From contig NZ_CP088239.1 of assembly GCF_021054785.1 (NCBI RefSeq), forward strand, positions 780,001 through 812,000: a stretch of 32,000 bases of DNA, in the 5' to 3' direction. Positions 18,355 to 26,589 of the stretch are shown in pieces. The DNA is from Tannockella kyphosi (GTDB taxonomy: Bacteria > Bacillota_I > Bacilli_A > Erysipelotrichales > Coprobacillaceae). The notes beneath the pieces were generated by a model, which was given only the letters and a program-made list of their open reading frames with translations, was not told the DNA's origin and made no database searches. Made by a program: the position numbers and the translations under genes. Within the stretch, counting starts at the first letter, position 1. Each line of letters opens with the position of its first letter.

Positions 18355-19206
18355 TTAGCATAATTTATATTTTAACATAGTTTCATATATGCCATCTTCA
18401 TGACTACAAGCACAAACTTCATCTGCAATTTCTTTTAACTTTTCTTTTGCATTACCCATTGCTATTCCGGTATGACAATATTCAAGCATTTCAATATCAT
18501 TTAATCCATCACCAAAAGCAAAAGTATTTTCTTTATTAATGCCTAAATAAACAAGCGTATCATGAATAGCTTTTGCTTTATTAATATCTAATAAAGAAAG
18601 CTCACCACTATTATTACCAAAGATTGGAACAGTACAATGATGAATTGTAAAATGATTTGAAAACTGTTGTATTATTTTTTCAAAAGAAACATTCGTATTT
18701 TCTAAAAAACATATTTTTGTTATATCATTACGTAACATGGTTTGATTCGTTTGTAATGCATTAATAAAATGACTACTTTTTGATTCTTTTCTTTTTTTAG
18801 CATCTATATCATGATGATAATCTCCATAAATAAGAAACTCCAGTCTTTCCACTAAATTCTTACTAGCAAACAATCCACCATTTGATTCTAAATAATAATC
18901 AAAGTTATACTTTTCAAAATAATCTAGTACATTTAAAACATCCTGTTTTGAAAAACAATGGTGATATAAAACTTCTCCTAGTATTTCAACATATCCACCA
19001 CCAGCACCTATCAAGCCATCAATACCCAAATCCCAAATAAAGTCATAAACTTCAGGTTTAGAACGACCAGTACATAAAAATACGTAATTCCCTTTTTTTC
19101 TAGTTAGAGCAATTGCTTCTTTTGTTTTTTCTCTTATCCTTTCTATTCCATTTTCTTCATAGACAAGGGTACCATCAATATCAAAAAATATTATTTTCTT
19201 TTCCAT
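18355..19206 (-). CDS. Cof-type HAD-IIB family phosphatase
   Basis: 283 aa. HAD motif I FFDIDGTL, motif II CTGR, motif IV GDGLNDIEM. AGGAGA RBS. The stop codon lies 1 nt from the intron copy 1 3' end. Confidence 0.85.
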   Translation of the reverse strand: MEKKIIFFDIDGTLVYEENGIERIREKTKEAIALTRKKGNYVFLCTGRSKPEVYDFIWDLGIDGLIGAGGGYVEILGEVLYHHCFSKQDVLNVLDYFEKYNFDYYLESNGGLFASKNLVERLEFLIYGDYHHDIDAKKRKESKSSHFINALQTNQTMLRNDITKICFLENTNVSFEKIIQQFSNHFTIHHCTVPIFGNNSGELSLLDINKAKAIHDTLVYLGINKENTFAFGDGLNDIEMLEYCHTGIAMGNAKEKLKEIADEVCACSHEDGIYETMLKYKLC

Positions 19207-19366
19207 TTTTCTTTTCTCCTATTGTTAGATTAACATAGTTATTCTTATATTTACTTTTTTTTCTTTTTAAGAATTTGAAATTAGTTTTGTGTTTACTAAA
19301 AAATAGTGTATCATGTTTTTATGCTTTTTAAGATAGGGGATAAAGTATTTATACTTTAATAAAAAA

Positions 19367-20704
19367 ATGAGAAAAAGAGAAATTAATTTAATAGATGGGG
19401 TTATTTGGAAATCTATTTTATTTTTTGCAATGCCATTATTAATTGGTAATTTATTTCAACAAATGTATAGTACCGTTGATTCTTATGTAGTTGGTAATTA
19501 TGTTGGGACCACGGCACTAGCTTCAGTTGGAGCTAGTACACCAATTATTAATGTGTTAATAGGATTTTTTATGGGACTTTCAGCTGGAGCAGGAGTTGTT
19601 ATAGCGCAAAGATATGGTGCTAGAAACTTAGAAGGTGTAAAAACAGGGATTCATACAGCAATGGCATTAACCATTTTTATGACCGTTGTTTTAACAATTA
19701 TTGGTGTTTTTGTTTGTGATGATATTTTACGGTTAATAGCTGTTCCAGATGATATATTTCAAACATCCTATTTATATTTAAAGATATATTTTTTAGGAAT
19801 TGGTTTTACTTTATTGTATAATCTAGGCTCAGGGGTTTTAAGAGCGTTAGGGGATAGCAAAAGACCTATCTATTTTTTGATTATTGCTAGTATTTTAAAT
19901 GTTATTTTAGATATTTTATTTGTAAAATATCTAGGAATGGGAGTTGCAGGAGTTGCTATAGCAACAATGATTTCTCAAGCAGTAAGTTCTTTTTTAGTGT
20001 TGTTAGTATTACTTAATTTAGATTATGCTATTAGATTAAATATTAAAAAAATAGCTTTTGATTATCCAACACTTATTAAGATGATTAAAATTGGGTTACC
20101 GACAGCTATTCAACAAAGTGTTATTTCTTTATCGAATGTAATAGTTCAATCTTATATTAATACATTTGGATCTTATGTAGTAGCAGGATACTCAGCAGGT
20201 TTACGTATCGATGGTTTTATTGTGTTACCAGTTCAAAGTATCAATATGTCTATTACAACCTTTGTAGGACAAAATATTGGTGCTAAAAAATATGATCGTG
20301 TTAAAAAAGGGGCACGTTGTGCTTTGATAATGTTAGCAATTATTATTTTCGTACTTTGTGTATTTTTATATCTGTTTGGCGAAGCTGCACTTGCCTTGTT
20401 TGATAGTACTCCAGAAGTAGTAGCTGCAGGTAGAACATTACAACTTTGTTTTATTCCTTTTTATATTATTTTGCCTATTGTACAAGTATATAGTGGTGTA
20501 TTATATGGAGCTGGAAAATCTACGATACCAATGTGTTTAACTATTTTTAATTTTGTAATATTAAGACAAATTTATTTATATATTATGGTTCCAATAACGG
20601 GATCATTGGCAACCATATTCTATGGTTGGCCCATCACTTGGATTACGTGTGCCATTATGTTTTTAATATATTATCATCGTGTTTCTTGGTTACCCGAAGA
20701 ATAA
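19367..20704 (+). CDS. MATE family efflux transporter
   Basis: 445 aa, about 12 hydrophobic segments, and a typical MATE N-terminus (LIDGVIWKSILFFAMPLLIGNLFQQMYSTVDSYVVG). No clear SD sequence upstream of the ATG. Confidence 0.85.
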   Translation: MRKREINLIDGVIWKSILFFAMPLLIGNLFQQMYSTVDSYVVGNYVGTTALASVGASTPIINVLIGFFMGLSAGAGVVIAQRYGARNLEGVKTGIHTAMALTIFMTVVLTIIGVFVCDDILRLIAVPDDIFQTSYLYLKIYFLGIGFTLLYNLGSGVLRALGDSKRPIYFLIIASILNVILDILFVKYLGMGVAGVAIATMISQAVSSFLVLLVLLNLDYAIRLNIKKIAFDYPTLIKMIKIGLPTAIQQSVISLSNVIVQSYINTFGSYVVAGYSAGLRIDGFIVLPVQSINMSITTFVGQNIGAKKYDRVKKGARCALIMLAIIIFVLCVFLYLFGEAALALFDSTPEVVAAGRTLQLCFIPFYIILPIVQVYSGVLYGAGKSTIPMCLTIFNFVILRQIYLYIMVPITGSLATIFYGWPITWITCAIMFLIYYHRVSWLPEE

Positions 20705-20732
20705 AAAAAGCGAATTTCATTATTCGCTTTTT
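20703..20732. terminator. Bidirectional intrinsic terminator after the MATE gene; homing site of intron copy 2
   Basis: A7 run, AGCGAAT / ATTCGCT stem with loop TTCATT, then TTTT. The intron 5' end lies 4 nt after the T-run. Confidence 0.7.
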
Positions 20733-20736
20733 ATAA

Positions 20737-22623
20737 GTGTGCCAGGCATGGTATACATCTAAGTGGTGAAAGTCCACCGTGGGGGAATAGTCGCCAACCA
20801 CTAGTCGAAGTCAAGGGTGTCCATCGTGAGGCGGAATCTGAAGGAAGAATTAGACAAAACTCTGGTCTTAGGAACACGAACTATATCAGGCAGGAGATAA
20901 GAGACAAGTGTGCTTAACAACACAAAATCTAACAGACTATGAAGTACTTATCTAATGTAAATATAGAAGATATATGGAGGGAAAGATGTATAGCCTTACC
21001 CTGGGAGGTCTCACAAGCGAGAAAGTAGTAACAACGAATTGTGAGAAGTCAGCCGAGGTCGTAGTAGTGAGGAAGTACCTGTAATGGGTATGGAGCAAAG
21101 GACTGAACAGATTTATCAGTTAAAGAACTGTCAAATTGCACCGGTATGTGTAACTCGAGGACAAGAGTGAAACTAGAATAGTGAGTAAACAAGAACGGAG
21201 GAAAGCTATAAGTCAACATACAGGAAACGAAAGGAAGGGAAGTAACGAAATATGGAAACAGAAAGAAATGAATTACTTAATCAACTGCTTAGTGAAGAAA
21301 ATATGATAGAAGCATATAAGCAAGTCAAACGAAATAGAGGAGCTAGTGGAATAGATGGTATGGAAGTAACTGAGTTAAAGGAATACCTAGAAGAACACGG
21401 CGAAGAAATTAAAGAAGAGATAAGAACAAGGAGATATAAACCTAGTCCGGTAAGAAGGGTAGAAATACCAAAAGAGAATGGTGGAGTAAGATTACTTGGA
21501 ATACCAACAGTAAAAGATAGAATGGTACAACAAATGATAGTGCAAGTATTAACACCAATCTATGAACCAATATTTAGTGAACATAGCTATGGGTTCAGAC
21601 CGGGTAGAAACTGTGAAATGGCAATCATAAAAGTGTTAGAGCACATGAATGAAGGATTGCATTGGATAGTAGATATTGACTTAGAGAAATTCTTTGATAA
21701 TGTTCATCATGATAAACTAATTCGACTAGTGAGTCAACAGGTAAAAGATGGTGATGTAATATCTCTAATTAGAAAATTCCTAAGAAGTGGAATCATGATT
21801 GATGACGAATATAAAGAATCAACAATCGGAACGCCACAGGGCGGAAATCTTAGTCCATTATTATCAAATATTATGCTTGATGTGTTGGACAAAGAATTAG
21901 AGGCAAGAGGACTTAATTTCGTAAGATATGCTGATGATGTGCAAATATTGGTAGGAAGTCAAAAAGCAGCAAATAGAGTAATAGAGAATGTGAGTAGGTA
22001 CATAGAAAAGAAATTAGGGCTAAAAGTAAATATGACAAAAAGCAAAGTCAACAGGCCAGAGGATACAAAATACCTAGGGTTTGGATTTTACTATGATAAA
22101 CTTCAAAAGACCTATAAAGCGAAGCCACATAAACTTTCTGTAGAAAAACTGAAAAGAAAACTGAAACAACTTACAAGCCGAAATTGGGGAGTGAGTATGG
22201 ATTACAGACTACTAAAGATAAAGCAATTGATAGTAGGATGGGTCAACTACTTTAAAATAGCGAGTTTTAAGAAAGTGTGCAAACAAATAGATGCACATAC
22301 ACGGTTTAGACTTAGAATGTGCATATGGAAACGATGGAAAAGAATAGGTACAAAATATAGAGCACTAATAAAACTAGGAGTAAACAAATATAAAGCATGG
22401 GAATGGGCGAATAGTAGAAAAGCATACGCACGAGTTGCCATGTCATATATCATGTGTAGAACGGTAACGAACGCTAGACTAAAGAAAAGAGGTCTAGTAT
22501 CACTACTAGACCAGTATCAGTTAAAACATATTTTAGTATAAATTTGAACCGCCGTACACCGAACGGTACATACGGTGGTGTGAGAGGACGATAAATAAAT
22601 TAATTATTTATCTCCTACTCGAT
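20737..22623 (+). mobile_element. Group II intron, copy 2 (class C / IIC-like), 1887 nt
   Basis: Colinear with copy 1 at an offset of 4269-4270 nt. By my manual alignment there are 20 substitutions plus one G-run indel (GGGG at 16512-16515 versus GGGGG at 20781-20785). Same GTGTG 5' end and ...CTACTCGAT 3' end. Confidence 0.85.
21252..22541 (+). CDS. Group II intron reverse transcriptase/maturase, second copy
   Basis: 429 aa, differing from copy 1 at 4 residues (K to R and G to D in VNKPEG/VNRPED; R to K in YFRIAS/YFKIAS; D to A in TNDRLK/TNARLK). YADD is intact. Confidence 0.92.
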   Translation: METERNELLNQLLSEENMIEAYKQVKRNRGASGIDGMEVTELKEYLEEHGEEIKEEIRTRRYKPSPVRRVEIPKENGGVRLLGIPTVKDRMVQQMIVQVLTPIYEPIFSEHSYGFRPGRNCEMAIIKVLEHMNEGLHWIVDIDLEKFFDNVHHDKLIRLVSQQVKDGDVISLIRKFLRSGIMIDDEYKESTIGTPQGGNLSPLLSNIMLDVLDKELEARGLNFVRYADDVQILVGSQKAANRVIENVSRYIEKKLGLKVNMTKSKVNRPEDTKYLGFGFYYDKLQKTYKAKPHKLSVEKLKRKLKQLTSRNWGVSMDYRLLKIKQLIVGWVNYFKIASFKKVCKQIDAHTRFRLRMCIWKRWKRIGTKYRALIKLGVNKYKAWEWANSRKAYARVAMSYIMCRTVTNARLKKRGLVSLLDQYQLKHILV

Positions 22624-23601
22624 TATTTGAGACATATCGATAGAAGGAAGAACATGCGTACTAGCATCTTTGGCATCATATTGTTTTAAATATTCAACAA
22701 CTTGATGCGTTAAATAAGTAGGGGTTGAAGCACCAGAACTAACAGCCGCATACTTTTTGTTTGCTAACATACTTGGTTCAATCTCTAATACATGTTCTAT
22801 CATATAGACATCTTTTTTTGTTTTTTCTTTCGCTATGCTTGCAAGCTTTTTTGTATTGTTGGAATGAGGATCACCAACAATAAAAATAACATCGACAGCA
22901 TTTTCTATATTTGCAATCGCTTCTTGACGGACTTGCGTTGCATTACAAGTTTCCTTAGCAATAGTTACATCTTCAAAATAATCTTTCGCATCCTCACATA
23001 AATGATAAACATCAAATAAGGACATTGTTGTTTGATTAGTAATAACATACTTTTTGGTTTTATCAAGTTTATTAAAGTCATCACTTTTTTCAATTAAATG
23101 AACTTTATTTGTATCAATTGATAATGAACCTTGTGATTCAGGATGATTTTGTTTACCAATATATAAAATCTCATAATCTTTTTCTAAATATTCTTTTATC
23201 AAATGATGAGTTTTAATAACATCAGGACATGTTGCATCAACAACACGAAACCCTTTCTTCTGGGCATTATCAAAAACTTCTTGACTTGCACCATGTGCAG
23301 TAATAATTAATGTTTCACAATCAACTTCTTCTAATAAAGCCAATCTATCTAATGTAGGATTTTCAAATGTTTTTATACCTAGTTGGTCTAAAGCTTTGAC
23401 AATAAACTGATTATGTACAATCATTCCTAGAATAGCAACATTGTTATTTGTTTTTCCTTCTTTTTTTGCTAGATTAATTGCACGAACGACACCTTTACAA
23501 TATCCTCTAGGAACAATAGGTAATACTTTCATATACTTGTCAATAATCTTACGATTATTTCTCCTTTCCAATAAGTTATAGCCATTATACCATATTTTCA
23601 A
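22615..23601 (-). CDS. ispH: 4-hydroxy-3-methylbut-2-enyl diphosphate reductase (IspH/LytB)
   Basis: The three Fe-S cysteine contexts are present (PRGYCKGVVRAI, ATCPDV, ETCNATQ). The start is ambiguous: TTG 23601 has a good AAGGAGAACTAT RBS but adds 23 unusual residues, while the canonical MKVLPIVPRGYC starts at ATG 23532 with no nearby SD. The last two codons and the stop lie inside intron copy 2. Confidence 0.88.
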   Translation of the reverse strand: MKIWYNGYNLLERRNNRKIIDKYMKVLPIVPRGYCKGVVRAINLAKKEGKTNNNVAILGMIVHNQFIVKALDQLGIKTFENPTLDRLALLEEVDCETLIITAHGASQEVFDNAQKKGFRVVDATCPDVIKTHHLIKEYLEKDYEILYIGKQNHPESQGSLSIDTNKVHLIEKSDDFNKLDKTKKYVITNQTTMSLFDVYHLCEDAKDYFEDVTIAKETCNATQVRQEAIANIENAVDVIFIVGDPHSNNTKKLASIAKEKTKKDVYMIEHVLEIEPSMLANKKYAAVSSGASTPTYLTHQVVEYLKQYDAKDASTHVLPSIDMSQIIE

Positions 23602-23947
23602 ATAGTTCTCCTTGTTTTTCTTGTGATTTTGTTGTTACTATTTCCTCTTCTATTTCCTCGGCTAATGCTTCATCAATAATAGATAAATCAATATCATCGA
23701 TTGTGTGTAAAGCTCTTAGTAAAGTAATTGCATTCCTAGCATTATTAATTAATGGACTCACTTGATTTATAATAGGAATAACTTGATTAACAGTTCGAAC
23801 TGTTTTTGTTGTTGTTTGTATCATATTTGATAAACCAAATTTTTGATTCATATTTGTTAAAGGATTACTTCTTTGCATAGATTGGTTAGGGTAATATGGA
23901 TAGTAGTTCATAGGATAGGGGTAATTATTGTTATTTTGTTGTTGCAT
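23585..23947 (-). CDS. YqfQ-like hypothetical protein (Q/N/P/Y-rich N-terminus, acidic C-terminus)
   Basis: 120 aa with an AGGAGA RBS. Low-complexity N-terminus MQQQNNNNYPYPMNYYPYYPNQ. Sits between ispH and the DEAD-box helicase, as yqfQ does in B. subtilis. The family assignment rests on position and composition only. Confidence 0.5.
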   Translation of the reverse strand: MQQQNNNNYPYPMNYYPYYPNQSMQRSNPLTNMNQKFGLSNMIQTTTKTVRTVNQVIPIINQVSPLINNARNAITLLRALHTIDDIDLSIIDEALAEEIEEEIVTTKSQEKQGELFENMV

Positions 23948-24043
23948 ATTTTCATCTCCTAATAATAGTATATGTTATCTCTTAATATATGTTCTTGACA
24001 AATGACTTAATTTATGGTTAAGTTAATAGGCTATGCATTATGC

Positions 24044-24071
24044 TTGAAAAAAAAGAAAAGAATGGTAAAAT
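24044..24071 (+). promoter_or_regulatory. Candidate sigma-A promoter for the DEAD-box helicase gene
   Basis: TTGAAA (24044-24049), 16-nt spacer, TAAAAT (24066-24071), about 40 nt upstream of the ATG. Confidence 0.35.
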
Positions 24072-24111
24072 GAAGTAAATTGCCAATAATAAAGAAAAGG
24101 AGAAAAACGAA

Positions 24112-25485
24112 ATGAGTACTTTTCAACAGTTTAAATTAAAAGAATTTTGTAATCAAGTTATTAAAGAAAAGGGGTTTAATACACCAACTCCAATTCAAGA
24201 AAAAGTAATTCCGTTAGTATCGAAAAGAAGTGATATTATTGGTATATCTCAAACAGGTACAGGAAAGACACATGCTTTCTTATTACCAATTATGAATCAA
24301 ATTGATACATCTAATAAAACAGTACAGGCTGTTATTACTGCACCAACAAGAGAACTAGCAAATCAAATTTATGAACAAGCTAAAATTTTTAGCAAATATA
24401 ATGAGGAATTATCTGTATCACTCATTGTAGGTGGTAGTGATCGTCAAAAAGCAGTTAATAAATTAACCAACCAACCACACGTAGTAATTGGTACACCTGG
24501 AAGAATTAAAGATTTATCTTTAGATCAACAAGCTTTACAAATTACAACAGCTTCTATTTTAGTAATTGATGAAGCAGATATGACTTTAGAATATGGTTAT
24601 TTAGAAGATATTGATGCAGTTGCTGGTAAAATGAAAGATAATCTACAGATGATGATTTTTTCTGCTACCATTCCACAATTATTAAGACCCTTTTTAAAGA
24701 AATATATGCAATCTCCTATCACTATTGAGATTGATGAACATATTCCAGTTACTCAAAATGTAGAACATATTTTATTAGCTACAAAACATAAAAATCGTTA
24801 TAGTGTTTTAAAATCAATTATGGATAGTATTGATCCATATATTTGTATTATATTTTGTAATCGTCGTGAGGAAGTTGTTGAAACAGCAAAGAAATTACGT
24901 GAAGATGGTTATAAAGTAGGAGAAATTCATGGTGATTTAGAACCAAGAGAAAGAAAACAAATGATGAGACGTATTAAAAATGCGGAATATCAGTATATTG
25001 TTGGAACGGATATTGCTGCTAGAGGAATTGATATAGATGGTGTAAGCCATGTTATTAATATGTCATTACCTAGTGAAATAGATTTCTATATTCACCGTAG
25101 TGGTCGTAGTGGTAGAGCAAATTATACAGGTGTTTGTTACACAATGTATGATACATCAGAAGAAGAAAAAATCATTTCACTAGAAAAGAAATCAATTGAA
25201 TTTAAAACAGTTGCTATTCGTAATGGTGAATTTGTAGACTTAGGTCAACGTGAAAAACGTAAAAAACGTATTCAACATCAAACAGATTTAGAGAAAAAAG
25301 TACAAGCAATTGTACGTAAACCTGCAAAAGTAAAACCAGGATATAAAAAGAAAAGAAAATGGGAAGTTGATAAAGTTGTTCGTAAACAAAAACGTGCAAT
25401 GATTCAAAATGATATTCGTCGTCAAAAGAAAGAAAGAAGCAAATTAGCACAAGCTGAAAAAAGACGTAAAGAAGAGGGAGAATAA
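24112..25485 (+). CDS. cshB: DEAD-box ATP-dependent RNA helicase (CshB-like)
   Basis: 457 aa. Q-motif FNTPTPIQ, motif I SQTGTGKT, motif II DEAD, motif III SAT, motif [10 protein letters not shown]. Lys/Arg-rich C-terminal tail. In the yqfR position. Confidence 0.85.
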   Translation: MSTFQQFKLKEFCNQVIKEKGFNTPTPIQEKVIPLVSKRSDIIGISQTGTGKTHAFLLPIMNQIDTSNKTVQAVITAPTRELANQIYEQAKIFSKYNEELSVSLIVGGSDRQKAVNKLTNQPHVVIGTPGRIKDLSLDQQALQITTASILVIDEADMTLEYGYLEDIDAVAGKMKDNLQMMIFSATIPQLLRPFLKKYMQSPITIEIDEHIPVTQNVEHILLATKHKNRYSVLKSIMDSIDPYICIIFCNRREEVVETAKKLREDGYKVGEIHGDLEPRERKQMMRRIKNAEYQYIVGTDIAARGIDIDGVSHVINMSLPSEIDFYIHRSGRSGRANYTGVCYTMYDTSEEEKIISLEKKSIEFKTVAIRNGEFVDLGQREKRKKRIQHQTDLEKKVQAIVRKPAKVKPGYKKKRKWEVDKVVRKQKRAMIQNDIRRQKKERSKLAQAEKRRKEEGE

Positions 25486-25487
25486 AG

Positions 25488-26363
25488 ATGATAATCGGAA
25501 GTCATGTATCCATGTCTGGAAAAGACATGTTATTAGGTTCAGTAAAAGAAGCTGTTAGTTATGGAGCAACTACTTTTATGTTTTATACTGGGGCACCACA
25601 AAATACAGCACGTAAAGCAATAGACCAATTAAAAGTAGAAGAAGCAAAACAATGTATGATAGAAAATAACATTGATATTGATAACATTGTTGTTCATGCA
25701 CCTTATATTATTAATCTAGCAAACACGACAAAACCAGAGACTTTCGAATTAGCAGTAAGCTTTTTAAGACAAGAAATAGATCGTTGTAATCAAATTGGTG
25801 CTACTAAATTAGTACTACACCCAGGTAGTCATGTCCAAGCAGGTGAAGAAATTGGATTACATCGAGTTGTAGAAGGTCTTGATTTAGCATTAGATAATAT
25901 TGGTAACTTAAAGATTTGTTTAGAAACAATGGCCGGTAAAGGTAGTGAAGTAGGAAGAGACTTAAAACAATTAGCGTATATTATTCATAATTGTAAATAT
26001 TCAAATAGTTTAGCTGTTTGTATCGACACATGTCATTTACATGATTCAGGTGTTGATTTAACAAAGATTGATGAATATCTAGCTGATTTTGATAGAATCA
26101 TTGGACTAGAACGTCTATTAGTAGTTCATGTTAATGATTCTAAAAATGAATTAGGTGCTAGTAAAGATCGTCATGAAAATATTGGATTTGGACATATTGG
26201 ATTTGAAACATTGAATAAAATAGTGCATCATCCATTATTAAAAGACGTACCTAAAATACTAGAAACACCCTATATTAACAAATTACCTCCTTATCGTTAT
26301 GAAATAGAAATGTTTTTAAATCATACACATGATCCATTATTAAAAGATAAATTATCAAAATAG
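25488..26363 (+). CDS. nfo: Endonuclease IV (deoxyribonuclease IV)
   Basis: 291 aa. N-terminus [38 protein letters not shown] matches B. subtilis YqfS/Nfo as I recall it. Metal-ligand contexts HAPY, HPGS and HVNDS. GAGGGAG RBS. Confidence 0.9.
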   Translation: MIIGSHVSMSGKDMLLGSVKEAVSYGATTFMFYTGAPQNTARKAIDQLKVEEAKQCMIENNIDIDNIVVHAPYIINLANTTKPETFELAVSFLRQEIDRCNQIGATKLVLHPGSHVQAGEEIGLHRVVEGLDLALDNIGNLKICLETMAGKGSEVGRDLKQLAYIIHNCKYSNSLAVCIDTCHLHDSGVDLTKIDEYLADFDRIIGLERLLVVHVNDSKNELGASKDRHENIGFGHIGFETLNKIVHHPLLKDVPKILETPYINKLPPYRYEIEMFLNHTHDPLLKDKLSK

Positions 26364-26386
26364 TAGCTAATAGCTACTATTTTTTC
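26362..26386 (+). terminator. Intrinsic terminator after nfo
   Basis: AGTAGCT / AGCTACT stem with loop AAT, then ATTTTTT. Confidence 0.65.
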
Positions 26387-26589
26387 TTTACATCGGTACA
26401 TATTTAATTCACACTAAAAAGGTATAGTATGAAAAAATGTGATTTGCTAAAGAATAATATCGATTTAAGATGACAAATGAGAAATCTTGGTAATTCAATT
26501 TTGAGTAGATCATAATAACCTAGCAGGAAGTCCGCTCCTTTAGGGGTGGGAGTTTCAGGAATAAAGGAGAGTGGAAGTAAGAGGATAGT

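Noticed and set aside
16468-22623. The 1.9-kb direct repeats with an RT gene could be an IS/transposon pair, a retron, or a diversity-generating retroelement (template/variable repeat).
   Set aside because: There is no transposase and there are no terminal inverted repeats. The RT has a maturase X domain, and the repeat carries a GTGTG 5' end plus domain V and VI hairpins with a bulged A, so it is a group II intron. The differences between copies are mostly transitions of all types (18 of 20) and mostly synonymous. They are not adenine-specific, and they lie inside the RT gene itself, which is unlike a DGR.
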